DNA of 64,000 nt. It comes from Acidimicrobiales bacterium (GTDB lineage Bacteria; Actinomycetota; Acidimicrobiia; Acidimicrobiales; SZUA-35). The DNA lies in NCBI GenBank assembly GCA_020630195.1, contig JAHDBV010000008.1:877-64876 (forward strand), in the 5' to 3' direction. Both the position numbers and the translations under genes were made by a program. Position 1 is the first letter of the stretch; every line of letters starts with the position of its first letter. The notes below the pieces were generated by a model that was not told the DNA's origin, made no database searches, and worked only from the letters and a program-made list of their open reading frames with translations. Shown in pieces: positions 37,238 through 45,976 of this stretch.

Positions 37238-38119
37238 CTAGTCGTCGGCGTCGCCGGGAACCCGAACGTCACCGCCCGCCACCGCTCGGAGCAGCTCGAC
37301 GGTGTGGTCGATCGGGGCGGCCGGGTCGGTGGCCCGGGCCACCCAGACCACGGCGACGGGTCGGTCGAGCGGGATGAGTCTGAGGCCGAGGTGGGAGAGA
37401 CCGGTCACGGCCCGTGATGGTTGGATCGAGACCCCGTCGCCGCGGGCGACCAGCTCGGTCAGCGCCGTCAGGGACGCCACCCGGGTGATGAGGTGCGGGC
37501 CTCCGCCCGACGGCAGCAGGAACCCGTCGAGTTCGAAGCCGGGCTGCGGTTCGGTGTCGGACGCGAGGAAGCGGTGCGGCGCGAGATCCTCCGCCGTGAC
37601 GATCGTGCGACCGGCGAGTGGGTGGTGGGCTGCGGCCACGAGCACGAGCTCGTCGTCGGCCAACGGTGTCCCGACCACGTGCGCAGCGCCGACGACGTCC
37701 ACGGTGAGATCGGCGAGGCGTGCATCGGCGGCCTCGGCGGGGCGGAGTGTGGGCAGTCGCACGATCTCGACCGGCAGCTGGTCGGGGGAGGGGAGCATCC
37801 AGGTGATCCGATCGTGGAACCCGACGCCGATGCGGACCGGAGGCTCCTCACCCGTCGCGATCAAGGCCGCGGCCGCTTCGGCATCGGCCAGTTGGCGCAG
37901 GACCGTGTCGGCGGTGGTGGCGAGGAGCTGGCCGGCGTCGGTGAGTCGGAGTGTCCGGCCGTCCGCGACCGCCAGCTCGATGCCGAGGCGTCGTTCGGCC
38001 TCACGGAGCCGACGGCTCGCCGCCGACGGGCTCAGCGAGATCGCGTCCGCGGCCGCCGCCAGGGTCGTGTGGCGGGTGATCGCCCGGAGCAGTTCGAGGT
38101 GGCCACGATCCAACGACAC
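37238..38119 (-). CDS. LysR-family transcriptional regulator
   Basis: GTG at 38119 in ORF 37238..38518. The N-terminal wHTH is LELLRAITRHTTLAAAADAISLSPSAASRRLREAERRLGIELAV, followed by a LysR substrate-binding-like C-terminus. The upstream part of the ORF is Arg/Pro-rich junk. Confidence 0.8.
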   Translation of the reverse strand: MSLDRGHLELLRAITRHTTLAAAADAISLSPSAASRRLREAERRLGIELAVADGRTLRLTDAGQLLATTADTVLRQLADAEAAAALIATGEEPPVRIGVGFHDRITWMLPSPDQLPVEIVRLPTLRPAEAADARLADLTVDVVGAAHVVGTPLADDELVLVAAAHHPLAGRTIVTAEDLAPHRFLASDTEPQPGFELDGFLLPSGGGPHLITRVASLTALTELVARGDGVSIQPSRAVTGLSHLGLRLIPLDRPVAVVWVARATDPAAPIDHTVELLRAVAGGDVRVPGDADD

Positions 38120-38205
38120 CGCTGCGAGGATAGATGCGCGTTGTGCATGAATGCGGTGTGGTAGATGCGCTGGACACATTGGATCACCTCGGGGAGGCTG
38201 AACGC
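38120..38205. promoter_or_regulatory. divergent promoter / candidate LysR operator region
   Basis: This is the least GC-rich stretch of the neighbourhood. It contains ATGC-N7-GCAT (38134-38148, fitting the LTTR T-N11-A pattern), GCATGAATGC (38145-38154), and a 9-nt direct repeat TAGATGCGC at 38131 and 38162 (31 nt apart). Confidence 0.45.
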
Positions 38206-39195
38206 ATGGGCATCGCCGTTCCGTTTCCCGACACCCAACCCGCCGGCTACGAGTGGCTCGACGACGAGCCGCCGTTCGATCCGGCGCGGCACCTGCAGCT
38301 CGAGGCGCCATCGGAGATCGTGATGCTCGCCGATCTCGGCTACGACGACGCCGAGATCGCCACGAAGGCCACCCCGGTCGCCGCGTCGAGCCCGTTCCGG
38401 GTCCTGAGCGATGAGGGGGCCGAGATCCTGCTCGCCACGGCCCGTCAGCTCCGCGGGTTCGTGAGCCCGGCCAACGATCGCATCGAGAACATGCTGCGAG
38501 GCGCCTGCTATCGGTCACGGTGGCTGCGGGATCTCTGCATCAGCCAGGAGGTCAGCGATCACCTGGAGGCCGTCTACGGCATCGAGATCGCTCCGCATCC
38601 GATGCCGTTGCACCTCGGGCACATGAACTTCGAACCGAACCGGATCGACACGGCCATCGACAAGTGGCACCACGACACCCTCCCGCTCGACTTCGTGCTG
38701 ATGGTCACCGACCCGGCCGACGTCGACGGGGGGCGATTCCAGTACTTCACCGGCACCAAGGCCGAAGCGGCCGAGCTCGCCGCCCGGGGCGAGACACCGC
38801 CGGACGACCGCGTGGTGACGCCGGAGTTCCCCGGGCCCGGCTACGCCATCGCCCTGCACGGCGACATGGTGGTGCATCGAGCGGGCCCGCTGGCGACCCT
38901 CGCCGAGCGCATCTCGCTCGTGAACGGCTACGTCGCGCTCGACACGAGCGTCGACGAGCAGAGCCGCTCGGCCGATCTGATCTCGGTCGACGATCCGAAC
39001 GCGCTGTACACCGAGTGGGCGAAGATGGCGGCGTGGCGCTCCGGTGATCGTCTCCGCCGCCTCGTCGACGACCTGCCGTTCACCGACGACAAGGACGTCG
39101 TGATCGACCGGCTGTCGGACGCGATCGCCGAGGCCCAGGCCGCGGTCGAGCAGATGCGGGCCGGTGAGGCTCGCCTCGAGCACTACGGAGGCTGA
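38206..39195 (+). CDS. hypothetical protein with Fe(II)/2-oxoglutarate-oxygenase-like motifs
   Basis: The ATG at 38206 is preceded by GGGAGG. KWHHDTLPLD (HxD) and ...ALHGDMVVHRAG...RISLVNGY (distal His / Arg) suggest a double-stranded beta-helix oxygenase. The family is not firmly recognised. Confidence 0.65.
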   Translation: MGIAVPFPDTQPAGYEWLDDEPPFDPARHLQLEAPSEIVMLADLGYDDAEIATKATPVAASSPFRVLSDEGAEILLATARQLRGFVSPANDRIENMLRGACYRSRWLRDLCISQEVSDHLEAVYGIEIAPHPMPLHLGHMNFEPNRIDTAIDKWHHDTLPLDFVLMVTDPADVDGGRFQYFTGTKAEAAELAARGETPPDDRVVTPEFPGPGYAIALHGDMVVHRAGPLATLAERISLVNGYVALDTSVDEQSRSADLISVDDPNALYTEWAKMAAWRSGDRLRRLVDDLPFTDDKDVVIDRLSDAIAEAQAAVEQMRAGEARLEHYGG

Positions 39196-39198
39196 GGC

Positions 39199-39217
39199 TC
39201 GGCATCGCGGATGCCGA
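39199..39217. terminator. hairpin between convergent genes (8-bp stem, 3-nt loop)
   Basis: TCGGCATC-GCG-GATGCCGA is a perfect inverted repeat, 4 nt after the stop at 39195 and 10 nt before the convergent stop at 39228. There is no U-tract. Confidence 0.4.
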
Positions 39218-39227
39218 ACCGTGTGTC

Positions 39228-41111
39228 TCACTCCGGGACGGTCACCACGTCGTCGTCGGCATCCCGATCCGGGGCGTAGAGGCGGGCGAGTTCGTCGGCC
39301 CGGTGGAGCTGGGCGGCCCGCTGGTTGACATAGCCCTTCTCGGTGATCTCGTTCCGTGTCGGATCGGGTGGCGAGTCGAGCAGCAGGAAGCGACGGATGG
39401 CGGTTGACGAGGCCGGGTTGGCCCGGTTGTGGGCGGCGAGGCCCTCGGCGATGGCGGCCCGCACGGCAGGGGATCGAGCGGGGTCGGCGTCACCGGCCAG
39501 GTCCGCACACGCGGCGGGGTTCGGCCACAGCAGTGCCGTCACCTCGGCCTCGTTCAGGCCGCAGATCACGGCGTCGCGCACGAGCGGTGAGGCGGCGGCG
39601 ACCACCCGGCTGCGGAGTGCGCCCGACTGCACCCAGGTGCCACTGACGAGCTTGAAGTCCTCCGCCACCCGACCGGCGAAGCAGAGGCCCCGCTGTCGGT
39701 CGTCCGGGTCCCGGAACCGGACCGCGTCGCCCATGAGGAAGAAGCCCTCCTCGTCGAACGCCGCCTCGGTGATCGCCGGGTCGCCCAGGTAGCCGGGAGT
39801 GATGCCCGGCCCCCGGGGTCGGAGCTCGTAGCGGCCGTCACCGAGTGGCAAGAGCTTCACCTCCGAGCCCGGACCGGGCAGCCCGAGGACGTCGTGGTCC
39901 TCCGTGGGCCACCAGCGGTTGAGGCCGACGGAGACCTCCGTCGACAGCAGGCTCGTCGTGAGCAGGATCGGGCCGCCGGTGTGGGCCCGGGCCAGGGCCT
40001 GGAGCCGATCGGCGACACTCGTCGGCATGGCCGCGGCGCCGAAGCCGAAGGATCGGCACGACCCGAAGAACGACGCCGCGAGCTCGTCGTCGGCCTCGAG
40101 GGCGTCGACGAGCATGCCCCACCCGATCGGCGAACCGCTCGCCACCGTCGGACGGATGGCGGCCAGGTTCTCGATCGTCGCGTCGTACTGGCCGGGCAGT
40201 GGGCGTCCCCGGTCGAGATGGATCGTGCCGCCGTCGTGGATCAGCATGTTCTGGCGCATCACTCCGGCGGCGACGTGGCTCCAGGGCATCCAGTCGAGCA
40301 CCCGCACGTCGCCGTCGTCACGTTCATCGGCGAGCGCGCACATGGCGCCGAGGAAGCCGCGGTGCATCCGGTGCGTCTGGATGACGCCCTTCGGCACCCC
40401 GGTGGAGCCCGAGGTGAAGATGTACTTCGTCACGGTGTCGGGGGTGATGGCCCCGATCGACGCATCGACATCGTCGGTGGGCTCGGTGGTGAGCAGCTCG
40501 TGGAGGGCGACAGCGCCGTCGTGGCCGCCGGCGTCGGTGATGAGCGTGGCATCGTCGAGGCGCCACGAGACCGCCGAGTCGTTCGCCACCGCCTCGAGCC
40601 CGGCACGGTGGAGCGCCGGGTCGGCCGCGTAGACGAAGGCGGGAGCGACGAGGTCGAGCACGGTCGACAGCTTCCCGAACGCCCCCGGCACCGTGGAGTA
40701 CGGAACGCTCACCGGGCAGACGGGCACCCGTGCCATCTGCGCCCCCCACGAGAGCACGAAATGGTCGAGGGACCGAGCGGACAGCACCGCGAGCGTGCGG
40801 TCGGGTCCGCCATCGTGATCGAGCAGCCACTGCGCCACCCGACGGGCCCGATCGACGGCGTCGCCATAGGTGAGGTCGTGCCACACGCCGGCCTCGTCCT
40901 GCTCGGAGAGCAGCAGTCGGTCGGGATGGCGCGCCGCCCGGTCGACCAGCATGGTCACCATGTCGTCCGGGACGTCGAGTGGCGCGATCGGGCAGGTCAG
41001 CACGAGCGTGCCGTCGTCCCGCTCGACGACGTCGACGACGGGTTCACGAGGAATGGTGCGCAACGGAGGCCTCCGGGTGGGGTGCGCCGACGATCCCACG
41101 CTCTTTGACAT
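39228..41111 (-). CDS. AMP-binding acyl-CoA synthetase (long, feruloyl-CoA-synthase-like subgroup)
   Basis: ATG at 41111 in frame with ORF 39228..42314. Carries the motif YIFTSGSTGVPKGV. The 400 upstream codons are antisense to the P450 gene and compositionally junk. Confidence 0.8.
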   Translation of the reverse strand: MSKSVGSSAHPTRRPPLRTIPREPVVDVVERDDGTLVLTCPIAPLDVPDDMVTMLVDRAARHPDRLLLSEQDEAGVWHDLTYGDAVDRARRVAQWLLDHDGGPDRTLAVLSARSLDHFVLSWGAQMARVPVCPVSVPYSTVPGAFGKLSTVLDLVAPAFVYAADPALHRAGLEAVANDSAVSWRLDDATLITDAGGHDGAVALHELLTTEPTDDVDASIGAITPDTVTKYIFTSGSTGVPKGVIQTHRMHRGFLGAMCALADERDDGDVRVLDWMPWSHVAAGVMRQNMLIHDGGTIHLDRGRPLPGQYDATIENLAAIRPTVASGSPIGWGMLVDALEADDELAASFFGSCRSFGFGAAAMPTSVADRLQALARAHTGGPILLTTSLLSTEVSVGLNRWWPTEDHDVLGLPGPGSEVKLLPLGDGRYELRPRGPGITPGYLGDPAITEAAFDEEGFFLMGDAVRFRDPDDRQRGLCFAGRVAEDFKLVSGTWVQSGALRSRVVAAASPLVRDAVICGLNEAEVTALLWPNPAACADLAGDADPARSPAVRAAIAEGLAAHNRANPASSTAIRRFLLLDSPPDPTRNEITEKGYVNQRAAQLHRADELARLYAPDRDADDDVVTVPE

Positions 41112-41165
41112 GGTTCCAAAAGCGGGGGAGTCTCGGCCCGCAGCCTTCCGCCTTCCGGAGCCGAG

Positions 41166-42377
41166 ATGAGCGACACGACGAGCCCCGTTCCCCGGGTCGA
41201 CGACTGGACGACCGACTGGGACCACCACGATCCGCGCTGGACGAACGACCCGTTCCCCATCTGGGACGAGCTCCGCGCCGGCTGCCCCGCGGCCCACACC
41301 GATCGATACAACGAGGGGGTCTGGCTGCCGACCCGGTTCGCCGACATCACGGCCGTCGCCCACGACACCGACGCGTTCTCGAGCGGGCACAGCGGTGTCA
41401 CCGCCGGCGGGACCGTGCCCCGCGGTGTCTTCCCGCCGATCCATCTGGATCCGCCCGACCATCATCCGATGCGGCGGGCGATGCTGCCGTTCTACAACCC
41501 GAAACGCATCGAGGGCTGGCGCTCGCACGTGCTCGGGATCTGCGACGACCTGATCGACGAGCTGCTCCCGCGGCTCGCCGCCGGCGAGCCCGTCGACGTG
41601 GCGGCGGAGTACGCAGCGCACATCCCCGCCGCCACCATCGCCGCCCTGCTCGGGATCCCGACATCCGACGGCGACCTCTTCCGCCGGTGGATCCACGGCC
41701 TCGAACTCGGCGACAACGACGTCGACGTCCGCAAACAGGCCGTGGCGGAGATGACCGGCTACTTCGCCGGGGTCATCGAGGCCCGCCGTGCCGAACCCGG
41801 CGACGACTTCGTGAGTGTGCTCGTGCAGGCGGAGGTCGACGGCGCGCCGATCGACGACGCCACCTTGCAGCACATCCTCGCCCTCCAGCTCGTGGCCGGC
41901 ATCGACACGACCTGGGGGGTGCTGGGAGCCTCGTTGTGGCACCTCGCCTCCCACGACGACGATCGCCGCACGCTCGTGGCGGACCCGGACAAGATCCCCA
42001 CCGCGATCGAGGAGTTCCTCCGGGCCTACGCCTCGGTGAGTCTGTGGCGCACGGTGGTGGCGCCGGCGACGATCGGCGACGTCGAGGTCTCGGTCGGCGA
42101 CACCGTGATGATGGCCTTCCCCGCGGCGTGTCGGGATCCGGAGGTCTTCGACGACCCGGCCACCGTCGACATCGAGCGCCAGCGCAACCGCCACGTCGCG
42201 TTCGGGTCGGGCATCCACCGATGCCTCGGATCCAACCTCGCCCGCCTCGAGCTGAACGTCGCCGTCGCGCGATGGCTCGAGCGGGTCCCGTCGTTCCGGC
42301 TCGTTCCGGGCCACGACGTCGTCTGGGCCGAGGGTGCGATCCGGGGGCCGCGCTCGGTCATGGTCGAGATCGTCTGA
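41166..42377 (+). CDS. cytochrome P450
   Basis: 403-aa ORF with GGAG upstream. Shows the I-helix AGIDTT, the EEFLR (ExxR) motif and the heme loop FGSGIHRCLG. Confidence 0.9.
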   Translation: MSDTTSPVPRVDDWTTDWDHHDPRWTNDPFPIWDELRAGCPAAHTDRYNEGVWLPTRFADITAVAHDTDAFSSGHSGVTAGGTVPRGVFPPIHLDPPDHHPMRRAMLPFYNPKRIEGWRSHVLGICDDLIDELLPRLAAGEPVDVAAEYAAHIPAATIAALLGIPTSDGDLFRRWIHGLELGDNDVDVRKQAVAEMTGYFAGVIEARRAEPGDDFVSVLVQAEVDGAPIDDATLQHILALQLVAGIDTTWGVLGASLWHLASHDDDRRTLVADPDKIPTAIEEFLRAYASVSLWRTVVAPATIGDVEVSVGDTVMMAFPAACRDPEVFDDPATVDIERQRNRHVAFGSGIHRCLGSNLARLELNVAVARWLERVPSFRLVPGHDVVWAEGAIRGPRSVMVEIV

Positions 42378-42400
42378 TCCGCTCCACCTAGGGTCACCTC

Positions 42401-42781
42401 ATGGCACCAGAACACCCGTCGTTCCCGCTCCAGGCCCATCTCGGCTTCGAGGTCGAAGGCGACGGCGGGCGCGGGTCGGCCCGGCTCGTGCTCGACGAGC
42501 GGCACCACAACCCGAACGGCGTGGCCCATGGCGCCGTGGCGTTCACGATGATGGACACCGCCATGGGCGCAGCCGTGATGTCGCTGCTCGACGACGGCGT
42601 GTTCTGCGCCACGATCGAGATGCAGACGCGCTTCATCCGGGCGGCCTCGGGTGGCGAACTCCGGGCCGAGGCCACGGTCGTGCACCCCGGACGCCGGGTC
42701 ATGCACCTCGAGGCGCGCACGGTCGACGCCGACGGCCGCCTCGTGGCGTCCGCGACGGCGAGCTTCGCCGTGTTGGCCTGA
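42401..42781 (+). CDS. PaaI-family hot-dog thioesterase
   Basis: 126-aa ORF. NPNGVAHGAVAFTMMDTAMG is typical of the PaaI/4HBT class. Confidence 0.8.
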   Translation: MAPEHPSFPLQAHLGFEVEGDGGRGSARLVLDERHHNPNGVAHGAVAFTMMDTAMGAAVMSLLDDGVFCATIEMQTRFIRAASGGELRAEATVVHPGRRVMHLEARTVDADGRLVASATASFAVLA

Positions 42782-42784
42782 GCG

Positions 42785-42823
42785 ATCGGGGGTGCGGGGC
42801 CGGCGAGGGGCCCCGACCGATCA
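42785..42823. terminator. GC-rich stem-loop between convergent genes
   Basis: Inner stem GGGGCC (42797-42802) pairs with GGCCCC (42810-42815). Outer stem GATCGG (42785-42790) pairs with CCGATC (42818-42823). The structure overlaps the stop of the CYP153-like gene. Confidence 0.35.
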
Positions 42824-44167
42824 CTTCTTCCGGGTGACCTTGACGGGCAGCTTCGAGTAGCCGTTCACGAAGGACGAGAACACGTACTCCGGCTCGCCGA
42901 CGACCTCGATCCGCTCGAAGCGCTCGAGGATCTCCTCCCAGACGATCTTCAGCTGGAGCTCGGCCAGGCGCGAGCCCATGCAGAAGTGCACCCCGTACCC
43001 GAAGGACAGGTGCTCCTTTGCGTTCTCCCGCTCGATGTCCAGCTGCTCGGCGTTCGGGAACTTCTCCTCGTCCCGGTTGGCCGACACGTACCACATGAGG
43101 AGCTGATCGTCCTTCTTGATCTGCTTGCCGCCGATCTCGACGTCGCGCGTCGCCGTGCGGCGCATGTACGACAGTGGCGTCTGCCAGCGGATCACCTCGG
43201 GCACGAAGTTCTCGACGAGCTCCGGATTCGCGATCAGCTTGTCGTACTGCTCGGGGTACTTGTTGAGGCCGTAGACACTGCCGGTCATCGTGTTCCGGGT
43301 GGTGTCGTTGCCGCCGACGATGAGCAGCAGCAGGTTGCCGAGATGCTCGATCGGCTGCATGTCCTTGGTCGCCTCACCGTGGGCGAGCATCGAGACGAGA
43401 TCGAAGCCGGGGTTCTCCCGCCGCTCCTTGAAGAGCTGATCGAAGTACCAGACGCACTCGAGCATCTCGTCGCGCTTCTGCTCCTGCGACTCGACCACAC
43501 CACCCGGCTCCGGGATGGCGAACACGATGTCCGACCACCGGGTCAGCTTGCGGCGGTCGTCGAGGGGGAAGTCGAACAGGGTGGCCAGCAGGAGCGTGGT
43601 GAGCTCGATCGAGACGGTGTCGACCCAGTCGAACACCTCGCCCTCGGGCAGGTCCTCGAGCACTTTCACGCTGCGCTCGCGGATCAGGCCCTCGAGTTCA
43701 CGGAGGTTCTTCGGCGCCGAGATGCCGCGCACGGTCTTGCGCTGCGCCGTCTGCTCCGGCGGGTCCATGGCGATGAACGGCGTGATCGGGATCGACGGCT
43801 GGGCCGGCATGTCCGAGGCCTTGAGGCCGAGGGTGATGCCGCTGGCGGAGGAGAAGTCCTGCCAGTTGCCGTCGACGGCGCGCACGTCCTCCCACTTCGT
43901 GATCGACCAGAACCGCCCGGCGGTCTCGATCTCGTTGAAGTGGACCGGGTCCTCGGCCCGCAGACGGGCGAAGTGGTCATGCCAGCGGTGATCCCGGAAG
44001 AGATGGGCGTTCACCGGGTTGATCTCGGAGATCTCGAGGTCGGCGGCGTCACCGACGTCCTCACCGAGCTCGGCCATCTCCATCTCCGGGGTGCGGATGG
44101 TGATCGGCAGGAGTTCGTCGTCGTTCGACGCCTCCGCGGTGGTGCTGTCGGGCATGGTGTCGGTCAT
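42821..44167 (-). CDS. cytochrome P450, CYP153-like (terminal alkane/alkyl hydroxylase type)
   Basis: 448-aa ORF with GGAG RBS. Shows I-helix LLLIVGGNDTTRN, heme loop FGYGVHFCMGSRLAELQLKIVWEEIL and a Lys-rich C-terminus, which closely resembles CYP153 as I recall it. Confidence 0.9.
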   Translation of the reverse strand: MTDTMPDSTTAEASNDDELLPITIRTPEMEMAELGEDVGDAADLEISEINPVNAHLFRDHRWHDHFARLRAEDPVHFNEIETAGRFWSITKWEDVRAVDGNWQDFSSASGITLGLKASDMPAQPSIPITPFIAMDPPEQTAQRKTVRGISAPKNLRELEGLIRERSVKVLEDLPEGEVFDWVDTVSIELTTLLLATLFDFPLDDRRKLTRWSDIVFAIPEPGGVVESQEQKRDEMLECVWYFDQLFKERRENPGFDLVSMLAHGEATKDMQPIEHLGNLLLLIVGGNDTTRNTMTGSVYGLNKYPEQYDKLIANPELVENFVPEVIRWQTPLSYMRRTATRDVEIGGKQIKKDDQLLMWYVSANRDEEKFPNAEQLDIERENAKEHLSFGYGVHFCMGSRLAELQLKIVWEEILERFERIEVVGEPEYVFSSFVNGYSKLPVKVTRKK

Positions 44168-44228
44168 CGAAGGCTCCTGAACGGTCCGGTCCCGGTGACA
44201 GGTTTACACGGTAAGGCTGTCAGATGTC

Positions 44229-44245
44229 TCTTCGGCATCCGAAGA
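44229..44245. other. 7-bp inverted repeat in the CYP153 upstream region (operator or terminator of the upstream thioesterase gene)
   Basis: TCTTCGG-CAT-CCGAAGA lies 62 nt upstream of the P450 start on the minus strand and 35 nt downstream of the thioesterase stop. Confidence 0.3.
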
Positions 44246-44279
44246 TTCCCGATGAGTCGGGGCCGACGGCGGTCGCCGA

Positions 44280-44696
44280 TCAGACCCGATTCGGGACGAG
44301 ACGGATGGTCGAGGTCGCCTTCGCGAGGACGTCGCCGGCCTCGTTCAGGAGGCGTCCTTCGGCGAAGACGGTCTGCTTGCCGGCCTTCTCGATCCACCCC
44401 TCGGCGACCACCGGGCCCGGCGGGGTCGGCTTGAAGAACGTCACCTTGATCTCGAGGGTCGCGATCCAGAACTCGGTGGTGTAGCGCCCGATGCAGGCAT
44501 GGGCCATCGCCGAGTCGATCCACCCCGTGACGAAGCCGCCCTGGGCGACCCCGCCCGAATGGCACATCTCGGGCTTGCAGACGAAGCGGAGCCGGCTCGT
44601 CCCGGCCTCCGGGTCGAGTTCGAGCACCTCACCGTCGCCGAGGGTGGTCAGCAGTTCGTTCTCGGGCGGTTCGATCGTGTCGGTGGGCTCGCTCAT
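44280..44696 (-). CDS. PaaI-family hot-dog thioesterase
   Basis: ATG at 44696 in frame with ORF 44280..45224. Shows HSGGVAQGGFVTGWIDSAMAHA, the PaaI-type pattern. Confidence 0.8.
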   Translation of the reverse strand: MSEPTDTIEPPENELLTTLGDGEVLELDPEAGTSRLRFVCKPEMCHSGGVAQGGFVTGWIDSAMAHACIGRYTTEFWIATLEIKVTFFKPTPPGPVVAEGWIEKAGKQTVFAEGRLLNEAGDVLAKATSTIRLVPNRV

Positions 44697-44740
44697 GGCA
44701 CGCAGTGTGCGCGGCGAGCGGCCGGGTGCGCCAGCGACGC

Positions 44741-45922
44741 TCAGTCGGCGTTGGCGGCGATCCAGTCGCAGAACTGGACGCACCAGCGCTCGTCGCGTCC
44801 GAGCGGGCCGGGGCGGTAGTGGGCGGAGCGGGCGCCCGCCGTCATCGAACGGCACAGCTCGACGTCCTCGGCGTTGGTGACCCGCCAGACCTCGGCGAGG
44901 TGATTGACGTCGTAGTCGACCCCCTCCACGGCGTCGGCGTGCACGAGCCAGGTCGTGGCGAGCAGGCACCGGTCGGTTCCGAGCGGGAGCACCCAGTTCG
45001 TGGCGATGTGGTCGGAGGTGAAGTGGAGCCAGGCGTTGGGGTTGAGCCAGATCGACAGCGTGCTGGCGTCGTGGTGGTGCCACGGTCCGATCGTGCGGCG
45101 GCAGGCGGGGCGACCATCGAAGGTGATCGAGGCGAAGCCCTCGGCCATCGGATACCGGGCGACCCGGACGGCATCGTGGGGGTCGAAGGCCTGCTCCCGC
45201 CATGCCAGCCCGGCGGCCTCCCATCGTGCGGCGGCCTCGGCGAGCCGTTCGGCGTAGGCGGGTGTGGTCGCGCCGTTGAAGCTCGACGGATCGAACACGT
45301 CACACAACCCCGGGTGGTTGGCCCGACAGTGCACACACTCTCGGTTGTTCACCATCACGACGAGCCAGTTCGCGTCCACCACCTCCCGCTCGTGCAGGGC
45401 GACCCGGTAGCCGCCACGGTCGAGATGGAAGGGGTCGGTGTAGGGGGCGAGCACCTGCTGGAGGTCGTCGAGGTCGGCGGTGTCGGCATCCGGATCGAGA
45501 CAGGCGAACACGAGACCGCCTCGTTCGCCGACCGAGATCGCACGCAGCCCCCCGAACCCGTCGGGTGGCCGGTCGACGAAGTCGACGGGCATGCCGGTGG
45601 CGCCCCGGAGCGCGCCGGACGACGGGTCGTAGCTCCACTGGTGGTTGGGGCACACGAGCCGTCGACCGCACGAGCCCGATACGCCGTCGAGCAGGCGGGC
45701 ACTCTGATGCACGCAGCGGTTCTCGAAGCCGCGGATCACCCCGTCGGGACCGTGGACGAGCAGCACGTTCTCGTCGAACAGGTCGAAGGCGAACATGTCG
45801 CCGGGCTCGGGGAGGTCGCCGCGGGTGGCGACGAAGAACCACCGGTTGGTGAGGACCCGACGGCTGTGGCGCTCGTCGCGCAGCATCTCGGCGGGGAGGC
45901 CGAAGCCGCTCGTGTGCTCCAT
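44741..45922 (-). CDS. Rieske non-heme iron oxygenase, alpha (catalytic) subunit
   Basis: 393-aa ORF. CVHQSARL...CPNHQWSY (Rieske), ...NNRECVHCRANHPG... (iron site region). Confidence 0.85.
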   Translation of the reverse strand: MEHTSGFGLPAEMLRDERHSRRVLTNRWFFVATRGDLPEPGDMFAFDLFDENVLLVHGPDGVIRGFENRCVHQSARLLDGVSGSCGRRLVCPNHQWSYDPSSGALRGATGMPVDFVDRPPDGFGGLRAISVGERGGLVFACLDPDADTADLDDLQQVLAPYTDPFHLDRGGYRVALHEREVVDANWLVVMVNNRECVHCRANHPGLCDVFDPSSFNGATTPAYAERLAEAAARWEAAGLAWREQAFDPHDAVRVARYPMAEGFASITFDGRPACRRTIGPWHHHDASTLSIWLNPNAWLHFTSDHIATNWVLPLGTDRCLLATTWLVHADAVEGVDYDVNHLAEVWRVTNAEDVELCRSMTAGARSAHYRPGPLGRDERWCVQFCDWIAANAD

Positions 45923-45976
45923 CGCGGTGACGCTACTGGACGCTCGTCCAGTGGACCGGGGCTTGCCGACACGTGG

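Noticed and set aside
41112-42314. N-terminal 400 codons of ORF 39228..42314. The same issue applies to the upstream extensions of ORFs 8970..11603, 52753..56139, 49843..51285 and 37238..38518.
   Set aside because: The extensions are antisense to, or overlap, neighbouring real genes and are Arg/Pro/Gly junk. In each case family-typical sequence starts at an internal ATG or GTG that also gives sensible intergenic spacing or a stop/start overlap.
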